Source of the DNA: Auanema rhodensis
Lineage: Eukaryota; Animalia; Nematoda
Reading direction: 5' to 3'
NCBI GenBank assembly: GCA_964057225.1
Contig: CAXKVF010000085.1
Location: forward strand, 1 to 64,000
Length of the DNA: 64,000 nucleotides
Position 1 is the first letter of the stretch. Every line of letters begins with the position of its first letter. The notes beneath the pieces were generated by a model. That model was not told the DNA's origin. It saw only the letters and a program-made list of their open reading frames with translations, and searched no databases. The translations under genes and the position numbers were made by a program. Of this stretch, positions 27,157 to 39,919 are shown piece by piece.

Positions 27157-30100
27157 GAGAAAATTTACGTGAACTTTAATTTATGCTAATTAAATGTACA
27201 CGTGATGTGCACTTGGTATGTAACTCGCTTCACGTGAAAGATAAAGAGATGCGGTTTTCAAAATTAGATTCCCCATGTCCATATTAGTCTAAAAACAAAT
27301 TTTTATTGATATTAGTTCATGGTAACCATGACTTTGAAATTTACGTGAACTTTAATTTATGCTAATTAAATGTACACGTGATGTGCACTTGGTATATAAC
27401 TCGCTTCACGTGAAAGATAAAGAGATGCGGTTTTCAAAATTAGATTCCCCATGTCCATATTAGTCTAAAAACAAATTTTTATTGATATTGCTTCATGGTA
27501 ACCATGACTTTGAAATTTACGTGAACTTTAATTTATGCTAATTAAATGTACACGTGATGTGCACTTGGTATGTAACTCGCTTCACGTGAAAGATAAAGAG
27601 ATGCGGTTTTCAAAATTAGATTCCCCATGTCCATATTAGTCTAAAAACAAATTTTTATTGATATTGGTTCATGGTAACCATGACTTTGAAATTTACGTGA
27701 ACTTTAATTTATGCTAATTAAATGTACACGTGATGTGCACTTGGTATGTAACTCGCTTCACGTGAAAGATAAAGAGATGCGGTTTTCAAAATTAGATTCC
27801 CCATGTCCATATTAGTCTAAAAACAAATTTTTATTGATATTGGTTCATGGTAACCATGACTTTGAAATTTACGTGAACTTTAATTTATGCTAATTAAATG
27901 TACACGTGATGTGCACTTGGTATGTAACTCGCTTCACGTGAAAGATAAAGAGATGCGGTTTTCAAAATTAGATTCCCCATGTCCATATTAGTCTAAAAAC
28001 AAATTTTTATTGATATTGGTGCATGGTAACCATGACTTTGAAATTTACGTGAACTTTAATTTATGCTAATTAAATGTACACGTGATGTGCACTTGGTATG
28101 TAACTCGCTTCACGTGAAAGATAAAGAGATGCGGTTTTCAAAATTAGATTCCCCATGTCCATATTAGTCTTAAAACAAATTTTTATTGATATTGGTTCAT
28201 GGTAACCATGACTTTGAAATTTACGTGAACTTTAATTTATGCTAATTAAATGTACACGTGATGTGCACTTGGTATGTAACTCGCTTCACGTGAAAGATAA
28301 AGAGATGCGGTTTTCAAAATTAGATTCCCCATGTCCATATTAGTCTAAAAACAAATTTTTATTGATATTGGTGCATGGTAACCATGACTTTGAAATTTAC
28401 GTGAACTTTAATTTATGCTAATTAAATGTACACGTGATGTGCACTTGGTATGTAACTCGCTTCACGTGAAAGATAAAGAGATGCGGTTTTCAAAATTAGA
28501 TTCCCCATGTCCATATTAGTCTAAAAACAAATTTTTATTGATATTGGTTCATGGTAACCATGACTTTGAAATTTACGTGAACTTTAATTTATGCTAATTA
28601 AATGTACACGTGATGTGCACTTGGTATGTAACTCGCTTCACGTGAAAGATAAAGAGATGCGGTTTTCAAAATTAGATTCCCCATGTCCATATTAGTCTAA
28701 AAACAAATTTTTATTGATATTGGTGCATGGTAACCATGACTTTGAAATTTACGTGAACTTTAATTTATGCTAATTAAATGTACACGTGATGTGCACTTGG
28801 TATGTAACTCGCTTCACGTGAAAGATAAAGAGATGCGGTACTCAAAATTAGATTCCCCATGTCCATATTAGTCTAAAAACAAATTTTTATTGATATTGGT
28901 TCATGGTAACCATGACTTTGAAATTTACGTGAACTTTAATTTATGCTAATTAAATGTACACGTGATGTGCACTTGGTATGTAACTCGCTTCACGTGAAAG
29001 ATAAAGAGATGCGGTTTTCAAAATTAGATTCCCCATGTCCATATTAGTCTAAAAACAAATTTTTATTGATATTGGTTCATGGTAACCATGACTTTGAAAT
29101 TTACTTGAACTTTAATTTATGCTAATTAAATGTACACGTGATGTGCACTTGGTATGTAACTCGCTTCACGTGAAAGATAAAGAGATGCGGTTTTCAAAAT
29201 TAGATTCCCCATGTCCATATTAGTCTAAAAACAAATTTTTATTGATATTGGTTCATGGTAACCATGACTTTGAAATTTACGTGAACTTTAATTTATGCTA
29301 ATTAAATGTACACGTGATGTGCACTTGGTATGTAACTCGCTTCACGTGAAAGATAAAGAGATGCGGTTTTCAAAATTAGATTCTCCATGTCCATATTAGT
29401 CTAAAAACAAATTTTTATTGATATTGGTTCATGGTAACCATGACTTTGAAATTTACGTGAACTTTAATTTATGCTAATTAAATGTACACGTGATGTGCAC
29501 TTGGTATGTAACTCGCTTCACGTGAAAGATAAAGAGATGCGGTTTTCAAAATTAGATTCCCCATGTCCATATTAGTCTAAAAACAAATTTTTATTGATAT
29601 TGGTTCATGGTAACCATGACTTTGAAATTTACGTGAACTTTAATTTATGCTAATTAAATGTATACGTGATGTGCACTTGGTATGTAACTCGCTTCACGTG
29701 AAAGATAAAGAGATGCGGTTTTCAAAATTAGATTCCCCATGTCCATATTAGTCTAAAAACAAATTTTTATTGATATTGGTTCATGGTAACCATGACTTTG
29801 AAATTTACGTGAACTTTAATTTATGCTAATTAAATGTACACGTGATGTGCACTTGGTATGTAACTCGCTTCACGTGAAAGATAAAGAGATGCGGTTTTCA
29901 AAATTAGATTCCCCATGTCCATATTAGTCTAAAAACAAATTTTTATTGATATTGGTGCATGGTAACCATGACTTTGAAATTTACGTGAACTTTAATTTAT
30001 GCTAATTAAATGTACACGTGATGTGCACTTGGTATGTAACTCGCTTCACGTGAAAGATAAAGAGATGCGGTTTTCAAAATTAGATTCCCCATGTCCATAT

Positions 30101-33100
30101 TAGTCTAAAAACAAATTTTTATTGATATTGGTTCATGGTAACCATGACTTTGAAATTTACGTGAACTTTAATTTATGCTAATTAAATGTACACGTGATGT
30201 GCACTTGGTATGTAACTCGCTTCACGTGAAAGATAAAGAGATGCGGTTTTCAAAATTAGATTCCCCATGTCCATATTAGTCTAAAAACAAATTTTTATTG
30301 ATATTGGTTCATGGTAACCATGACTTTGAAATTTACGTGAACTTTAATTAATGCTAATTAAATGTACACGTGATGTGCACTTGGTATGTAACTCGCTTCA
30401 CGTGAAAGATAAAGAGATGCGGTTTTCAAAATTAGATTCCCCATGTCCATATTAGTCTAAAAACAAATTTTTATTGATATTGGTTCATGGTAACCATGAC
30501 TTTGAAATTTACGTGAACTTTAATTTATGCTAATTAAATGTACACGTGATGTGCACTTGGTATGTAACTCGCTTCACGTGAAAGATAAAGAGATGCGGTT
30601 TTCAAAATTAGATTCCCCATGTCCATATTAGTCTTAAAACAAATTTTTATTGATATTGGTTCATGGTAACCATGACTTTGAAATTTACGTGAACTTTAAT
30701 TTATGCTAATTAAATGTACACGTGATGTGCACTTGGTATGTAACTCGCTTCACGTGAAAGATAAAGAGATGCGGTTTTCAAAATTAGATTCCCCATGTCC
30801 ATATTAGTCTAAAAACAAATTTTTATTGATATTAGTTCATGGTAACCATGACTTTGAAATTTACGTGAACTTTAATTTATGCTAATTAAATGTACACGTG
30901 ATGTGCACTTGGTATGTAACTCGCTTCACGTGAAAGATGAAGAGATGCGGTTTTCAAAATTAGATTCCCCATGTCCATATTAGTCTAAAAACAAATTTTT
31001 ATTGATATTGGTGCATGGTAACCATGACTTTGAAATTTACGTGAACTTTAATTTATGCTAATTAAATGTACACGTGATGTGCACTTGGTATGTAACTCGC
31101 TTCACGTGAAAGATAAAGAGATGCGGTTTTCAAAATTAGATTCCCCATGTCCATATTAGTCTAAAAACAAATTTTTATTGATATTGGTACATGGTAACCA
31201 TGACTTTGAAATTTACGTGAACTTTAATTTATGCTAATTAAATGTATACGTGATGTGCACTTGGTATGTAACTCGCTTCACGTGAAAGATAAAGAGATGC
31301 GGTTTTCAAAATTAGATTCCCCATGTCCATATTAGTCTAAAAACAAATTTTTATTGATATTGGTTCATGGTAACCATGACTTTGAAATTTACGTGAACTT
31401 TAATTTATGCTAATTAAATGTATACGTGATGTGCACTTGGTATGTAACTCGCTTCACGTGAAAGATAAAGAGATGCGGTTTTCAAAATTAGATTCCCCAT
31501 GTCCATATTAGTCTAAAAACAAATTTTCATTGATATTGGTTCATGGTAACCATGACTTTGAAATTTACGTGAACTTTAATTTATGCTAATTAAATGTACA
31601 CGTGATGTGCACTTGGTATGTAACTCGCTTCACGTGAAAGATAAAGAGATGCGGTTTTCAAAATTAGATTCCCCATGTCCATATTAGTCTAAAAACAAAT
31701 TTTTATTGATATTGGTTCATGGTAACCATGACTTTGAAATTTACGTGAACTTTAATTAATGCTAATTAAATGTACACGTGATGTGCACTTGGTATGTAAC
31801 TCGCTTCACGTGAAAGATAAAGAGATGCGGTTTTCAAAATTAGATTCCCCATGTCCATATTAGTCTAAAAACAAATTTTTATTGATATTGCTTCATGGTA
31901 ACCATGACTTTGAAATTTACGTGAACTTTAATTTATGCTAATTAAATGTACACGTGATGTGCACTTGGCATGTAACTCGCTTCACGTGAAAGATAAAGAG
32001 ATGCGGTTTTCAAAATTAGATTCCCCATGTCCATATTAGTCTAAAAACAAATTTTTATTGATATTGGTGCATGGTAACCATGACTTTGAATTTTACGTGA
32101 ACTTTAATTTATGCTAATTAAATGTACACGTGATGTGCACTTGGTATGTAACTCGCTTCACGTGAAAGATAAAGAGATGCGGTTTTCAATATTAGATTCC
32201 CCATGTCCATATTAGTCTAAAAACAAATTTTTATTGATATTGGTTCATGGTAACCATGACTTTGAAATTTACGTGAACTTTAATTTATGCTAATTAAATG
32301 TACACGTGATGTGCACTTGGTATGTAACTCGCTTCACGTGAAAGATAAAGAGATGCGGTTTTCAAAATTAGATTCCCCATGTCCATATTAGTCTAAAAAC
32401 AAATTTTTATTGATATTGGTGCATGGTAACCATGACTTTGAAATTTACGTGAACTTTAATTTATGCTAATTAAATTTACACGTGATGTGCACTTGGTATG
32501 TAACTCGCTTCACGTGAAAGATAAAGAGATGCGGTTTTCAAAATTAGATTCCCCATGTCCATATTAGTCTAAAAACAAATTTTTATTGATATTGGTTCAT
32601 GGTAACCATGACTTTGAAATTTACGTGAACTTTAATTTATGCTAATTAAATGTACACGTGATGTGCACTTGGTATGTAACACGCTTCACGTGAAAGATAA
32701 AGAGATGCGGTTTTCAAAATTAGATTCCCCATGTCCATATTAGTCTAAAAACAAATTTTTATTGATATTGGTGCATGGTAACCATGACTTTGAAATTTAC
32801 GTGAACTTTAATTTATGCTAATTAAATGTACACGTGATGTGCACTTGGTATGTAACTCGCTTCACGTGAAAGATGAAGAGATGCGGTTTTCAAAATTAGA
32901 TTCCCCATGTCCATATTAGTCTAAAAACAAATTTTTATTGATATTGGTGCATGGTAACCATGACTTTGAAATTTACGTGAACTTTAATTTATGCTAATTA
33001 AATGTACACGTGATGTGCACTTGGTATGTAACTCGCTTCACGTGAAAGATAAAGAGATGCGGTTTTCAAAATTAGATTCCCCATGTCCATATTAGTCTAA

Positions 33101-34900
33101 AAACAAATTTTTATTGATATTGGTTCATGGTAACCATGACTTTGAAATTTACGTGAACTTTAATTTATGCTAATTAAATGTACACGTGATGTGCACTTGG
33201 TATGTAACTCGCTTCACGTGAAAGATAAAGAGATGCGGTTTTCAAAATTAGATTCCCCATGTCCATATTAGTCTAAAAACAAATTTTTATTGATATTGGT
33301 GCATGGTAACCATGACTTTGAAATTTACGTGAACTTTAATTTATGCTAATTAAATGTACACGTGATGTGCACTTGGTATGTAACTCGCTTCACGTGAAAG
33401 ATGAAGAGATGCGGTTTCCAAAATTAGATTCCCCATGTCCATATTAGTCTAAAAACAAATTTTTATTGATATTGGTGCATGGTAACCATGACTTTGAAAT
33501 TTACGTGAACTTTAATTTATGCTAATTAAATGTACACGTGATGTGCACTTGGTATGTAACTCGCTTCACGTGAAAGATAAAGAGATGCGGTTTTCAAAAT
33601 TAGATTCCCCATGTCCATATTAGTCTAAAAACAAATTTTTATTGATATTGGTTCATGGTAACCATGACTTTGAAATTTACGTGAACTTTAATTTATGCTA
33701 ATTAAATGTACACGTGATGTGCACTTGGTATGTAACTCGCTTCACGTGAAAGATAAAGAGATGCGGTTTTCAAAATTAGATTCCCCATGTCCATATTAGT
33801 CTAAAAACAAATTTTTATTGATATTGGTTCATGGTAACCATGACTTTGAAATTTACGTGAACTTTAATTAATGCTAATTAAATGTACACGTGATGTGCAC
33901 TTGGTATGTAACTCGCTTCACGTGAAAGATAAAGAGATGCGGTTTTCAAAATTAGATTCCCCATGTCCATATTAGTCTAAAAACAAATTTTTATTGATAT
34001 TGGTTCATGGTAACCATGACTTTGAAATTTACGTGAACTTTAATTAATGCTAATTAAATGTACACGTGATGTGCACTTGGTATGTAACTCGCTTCACGTG
34101 AAAGATAAAGAGATGCGGTTTTCAAAATTAGATTCCCCATGTCCATATTAGTCTAAAAACAAATTTTTATTGATATTGGTGCATGGTAACCATGACTTTG
34201 AAATTTACGTGAACTTTAATTTATGCTAATTAAATGTACACGTGATGTGCACTTGGTATGTAACTCGCTTCACGTGAAAGATAAAGAGATGCGGTTTTCA
34301 AAATTAGATTCCCCATGTCCATATTAGTCTAAAAACAAATTTTTATTGATATTGGTGCATGGTAACCATGACTTTGAAATTTACGTGAACTTTAATTTAT
34401 GCTAATTAAATGTACACGTGATGTGCACTTGGTATGTAACTCTTTTCACGTGAAAGATAAAGAGATGCGGTTTTCAAAATTAGATTCCCCATGTCCATAT
34501 TAGTCTAAAAACAAATTTTTATTGATATTGGTTCATGGTAACCATGACTTTGAAATTTACGTGAACTTTAATTTATGCTAATTAAATGTACACGTGATGT
34601 GCACTTGGTATGTAACTCGCTTCACGTGAAAGATAAAGAGATGCGGTTTTCAAAATTAGATTCCCCATGTCCATATTAGTCTAAAAACAAATTTTTATTG
34701 ATGTTGGTGCATGGTAACCATGACTTTGAAATTTACGTGAACTTTAATTTATGCTAATTAAATGTACACGTGATGTGCACTTGGTATGTAACTCGCTTCA
34801 CGTGAAAGATAAAGAGATGCGGTTTTCAAAATTAGATTCCCCATGTCCATATTAGTCAAAAAACAAATTTTTATTGATATTGGTTCATGGTAACCATGAC

Positions 34901-34989
34901 TTTGAAATTTACGTGAACTTTAATTTATGCTAATTAAATGTACACGTGATGTGCACTTGGTATATAACTCGCTTCACGTGAAAGATAAC
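34901..34989 (+). repeat. Truncated 89-bp monomer, copy 4 of 6
   Basis: Identical junction; equals copy 1 + 9243. Confidence 0.95.
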
Positions 34990-35517
34990 GAGAAAATTTA
35001 CGTGAACTTTAATTTATGCTAATTAAATGTACACGTGATGTGCACTTGGTATGTAACTCGCTTCACGTGAAAGATAAAGAGATGCGGTTTTCAAAATTAG
35101 ATTCCCCATGTCCATATTAGTCTAAAAACAAATTTTTATTGATATTAGTTCATGGTAACCATGACTTTGAAATTTACGTGAACTTTAATTTATGCTAATT
35201 AAATGTACACGTGATGTGCACTTGGTATGTAACTCGCTTCACGTGAAAGATAAAGAGATGCGGTTTTCCAAATTAGATTCCCCATGTCCATATTAGTCTA
35301 AAAACAAATTTTTATTGATATTGGTTCATGGTAACCATGACTTTGAAATTTACGTGAACTTTAATTAATGCTAATTAAATGTACACGTGATGTGCACTTG
35401 GTATGTAACTCGCTTCACGTGAAAGATAAAGAGATGCGGTTTTCATAATTAGATTCCCCATGTCCATATTAGTCTAAAAACAAATTTTTATTGATATTGC
35501 TTCATGGTAACCATGAC

Positions 35518-35606
35518 TTTGAAATTTACGTGAACTTTAATTTATGCTAATTAAATGTACACGTGATGTGCACTTGGTATGTAACTCGCTTCACGTGAAA
35601 GATAAC
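35518..35606 (+). repeat. Truncated 89-bp monomer, copy 5 of 6
   Basis: Identical junction; equals copy 2 + 9243. Confidence 0.95.
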
Positions 35607-36310
35607 GAGAAAATTTACGTGAACTTTAATTTATGCTAATTAAATGTACACGTGATGTGCACTTGGTATGTAACTCGCTTCACGTGAAAGATAAAGAGAT
35701 GCGGTTTTCAAAATTAGATTCCCCATGTCCATATTAGTCTAAAAACAAATTTTTATTGATATTAGTTCATGGTAACCATGACTTTGAAATTTACGTGAAC
35801 TTTAATTTATGCTAATTAAATGTACACGTGATGTGCACTTGGTATGTAACTCGCTTCACGTGAAAGATAAAGAGATGCGGTTTTCAAAATTAGATTCCCC
35901 ATGTCCATATTAGTCTAAAAACAAATTTTTATTGATATTGGTTCATGGTAACCATGACTTTGAAATTTACGTGAACTTTAATTAATGCTAATTAAATGTA
36001 CACGTGATGTGCACTTGGTATGTAACTCGCTTCACGTGAAAGATAAAGAGATGCGGTTTTCAAAATTAGATTCCCCATGTCCATATTAGTCTAAAAACAA
36101 ATTTTTATTGATATTGCTTCATGGTAACCATGACTTTGAAATTTACGTGAACTTTAATTTATGCTAATTAAATGTACACGTGATGTGCACTTGGTATGTA
36201 ACTCGCTTCACGTGAAAGATAAAGAGATGCGGTTTTCAAAATTAGATTCCCCATGTCCATATTAGTCTAAAAACAAATTTTTATTGATATTGGTTCATGG
36301 TAACCATGAC

Positions 36311-36399
36311 TTTGAAATTTACGTGAACTTTAATTTATGCTAATTAAATGTACACGTGATGTGCACTTGGTATATAACTCGCTTCACGTGAAAGATAAC
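36311..36399 (+). repeat. Truncated 89-bp monomer, copy 6 of 6
   Basis: Identical junction; equals copy 3 + 9243. Confidence 0.95.
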
Positions 36400-39300
36400 G
36401 AGAAAATTTACGTGAACTTTAATTTATGCTAATTAAATGTACACGTGATGTGCACTTGGTATGTAACTCGCTTCACGTGAAAGATAAAGAGATGCGGTTT
36501 TCAAAATTAGATTCCCCATGTCCATATTAGTCTAAAAACAAATTTTTATTGATATTAGTTCATGGTAACCATGACTTTGAAATTTACGTGAACTTTAATT
36601 TATGCTAATTAAATGTACACGTGATGTGCACTTGGTATATAACTCGCTTCACGTGAAAGATAAAGAGATGCGGTTTTCAAAATTAGATTCCCCATGTCCA
36701 TATTAGTCTAAAAACAAATTTTTATTGATATTGCTTCATGGTAACCATGACTTTGAAATTTACGTGAACTTTAATTTATGCTAATTAAATGTACACGTGA
36801 TGTGCACTTGGTATGTAACTCGCTTCACGTGAAAGATAAAGAGATGCGGTTTTCAAAATTAGATTCCCCATGTCCATATTAGTCTAAAAACAAATTTTTA
36901 TTGATATTGGTGCATGGTAACCATGACTTTGAAATTTACGTGAACTTTAATTTATGCTAATTAAATGTACACGTGATGTGCACTTGGTATGTAACTCGCT
37001 TCACGTGAAAGATAAAGAGATGCGGTTTTCAAAATTAGATTCCCCATGTCCATATTAGTCTAAAAACAAATTTTTATTGATATTGGTTCATGGTAACCAT
37101 GACTTTGAAATTTACGTGAACTTTAATTAATGCTAATTAAATGTACACGTGATGTGCACTTGGTATGTTACTCGCTTCACGTGAAAGATAAAGAGATGCG
37201 GTTTTCAAAATTAGATTCCCCATGTCCATATTAGTCTAAAAACAAATTTTTATTGATATTGCTTCATGGTAACCATGACTTTGAAATTTACGTGAACTTT
37301 AATTTATGCTAATTAAATGTACACGTGATGTGCACTTGGTATGTAACTCGCTTCACGTGAAAGATAAAGAGATGCGGTTTTCAAAATTAGATTCCCCATG
37401 TCCATATTAGTCTAAAAACAAATTTTTATTGATATTGGTGCATGGTAACCATGACTTTGAAATTTACGTGAACTTTAATTTATGCTAATTAAATGTACAC
37501 GTGATGTGCACTTGGTATGTAACTCGCTTCACGTGAAAGATAAAGAGATGCGGTTTTCAAAATTAGATTCCCCATGTCCATATTAGTCTAAAAACAAATT
37601 TTTATTGATATTGCTTCATGGTAACCATGACTTTGAAATTTACGTGAACTTTAATTTATGCTAATTAAATGTACACGTGATGTGCACTTGGTATGTAACT
37701 CGCTTCACGTGAAAGATAAAGAGATGCGGTTTTCAAAATTAGATTCCCCATGTCCATATTAGTCTAAAAACAAATTTTTATTGATATTGGTTCATGGTAA
37801 CCATGACTTTGAAATTTACGTGAACTTTAATTAATGCTAATTAAATGTACACGTGATGTGCACTTGGTATGTAACTCGCTTCACGTGAAAGATAAAGAGA
37901 TGCGGTTTTCAAAATTAGATTCCCCATGTCCATATTAGTCTAAAAACAAATTTTTATTGATATTGCTTCATGGTAACCATGACTTTGAAATTTACGTGAA
38001 CTTTAATTTATGCTAATTAAATGTACACGTGATGTGCACTTGGTATGTAACTCGCTTCACGTAAAAGATAAAGAGATGCGGTTTTCAAAATTAGATTCCC
38101 CATGTCCATATTAGTCTAAAAACAAATTTTTATTGATATTGGTTCATGGTAACCATGACTTTGAAATTTACGTGAACTTTAATTAATGCTAATTAAATGT
38201 ACACGTGATGTGCACTTGGTATGTAACTCGCTTCACGTGAAAGATAAAGAGATGCGGTTTTCAAAATTAGATTCCCCATGTCCATATTAGTCTAAAAACA
38301 AATTTTTATTGATATTGCTTCATGGTAACCATGACTTTGAAATTTACGTGAACTTTAATTTATGCTAATTAAATGTACACGTGATGTGCACTTGGTATAT
38401 AACTCGCTTCACGTGAAAGATAAAGAGATGCGGTTTTCAAAATTAGATTCCCCATGTCCATATTAGTCTAAAAACAAATTTTTATTGATATTGGTGCATG
38501 GTAACCATGACTTTGAAATTTACGTGAACTTTAATTTATGCTAATTAAATGTACACGTGATGTGCACTTGGTATGTAACTCGCTTCACGTGAAAGATGAA
38601 GAGATGCAGTTTTCAAAATTAGATTCCCCATGTCCATATTAGTCTAAAAACAAATTTTTATTGATATTGGTGCATGGTAACCATGACTTTGAAATTTACG
38701 TGAACTTTAATTTATGCTAATTAAATGTACACGTGATGTGCACTTGGTATGTAACTCGCTTCACGTGAAAGATAAAGAGATGCGGTTTTCAAAATTAGAT
38801 TCCCCATGTCCATATTAGTCTAAAAACAAATTTTTATTGATATTGGTGCATGGTAACCATGACTTTGAAATTTACGTGAACTTTAATTTATGCTAATTAA
38901 ATGTACACGTGATGTGCACTTGGTATGTAACTCGCTTCACGTGAAAGATGAAGAGATGCAGTTTTCAAAATTAGGTTCCCCATGTCCATATTAGTCTAAA
39001 AACAAATTTTTATTGATATTGGTGCATGGTAACCATGACTTTGAAATTTACGTGAACTTTAATTTATGCTAATTAAATGTACACGTGATGTGCACTTGGT
39101 ATGTAACTCGCTTCACGTGAAAGATAAAGAGATGCGGTTTTCAAAATTAGATTCCCCATGTCCATATTAGTCTAAAAACAAATTTTTATTGATATTGGTG
39201 CATGGTAACCATGACTTTGAAATTTACGTGAACTTTAATTTATGCTAATTAAATGTACACGTGATGTGCACTTGGTATGTAACTCGCTTCACGTGAAAGA

Positions 39301-39919
39301 TAAAGAGATGCGGTTTTCAAAATTAGATTCCCCATGTCCATATTAGTCTAAAAACAAATTTTTATTGATATTGGTTCATGGTAACCATGACTTTGAAATT
39401 TACGTGAACTTTAATTTATGCTAATTAAATGTATACGTGATGTGCACTTGGTATGTAACTCGCTTCACGTGAAAGATAAAGAGATGCGGTTTTCAAAATT
39501 AGATTCCCCATGTCCATATTAGTCTAAAAACAAATTTTTATTGATATTGGTGCATGGTAACCATGACTTTGAAATTTACGTGAACTTTAATTTATGCTAA
39601 TTAAATGTACACGTGATGTGCACTTGGTATGTAACTCGCTTCACGTGAAAGATAAAGAGATGCGGTTTTCAAAATTAGATTCCCCATGTCCATATTAGTT
39701 TAAAAACAAATTTTTATTGATATTAGTGCATGGTAACCATGACTTGGAAATTTACGTGAACTTTAATTTATGCTAATTAAATGTACACGTGATGTGCACT
39801 TGGTATGTAACTCGCTTCACGTGAAAGATAAAAAGATGCGGTTTTCAAAATTAGATTCCCCATGTCCATATTAGTCTAAAAACAAATTTTTATTGATATT
39901 GGTGCATGGTAACCATGAC

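Larger units (their letters stand above)
18267..27508 (+). repeat. Copy 1 of a 9,243-bp higher-order duplication (51 full + 3 half monomers)
   Basis: Rare variants recur at an exact +9243 offset: gtcttaaa 18928/28171, ggtactc 19597/28840, gataacgaga-aaattt junction 25746/34989, gcttcat 27491/36734. The ordered series between them (tacttgaa, ttctcc, ggtacat, tttcattg, ggcatgt, gaatttt, tcaatatt, aatttacac, aacacgc, ctcttttc, gatgttgg, gtcaaaaaa) also repeats. Confidence 0.95.
27509..36751 (+). repeat. Copy 2 of the 9,243-bp higher-order duplication
   Basis: Same ordered variant series as 18267-27508. Matching ends at the position-161 variant (T at ~27669 vs G at 36912). Differences I saw: 21247 C vs 30490 G, and a 1-bp A deletion near 18371. 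Confidence 0.95.
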
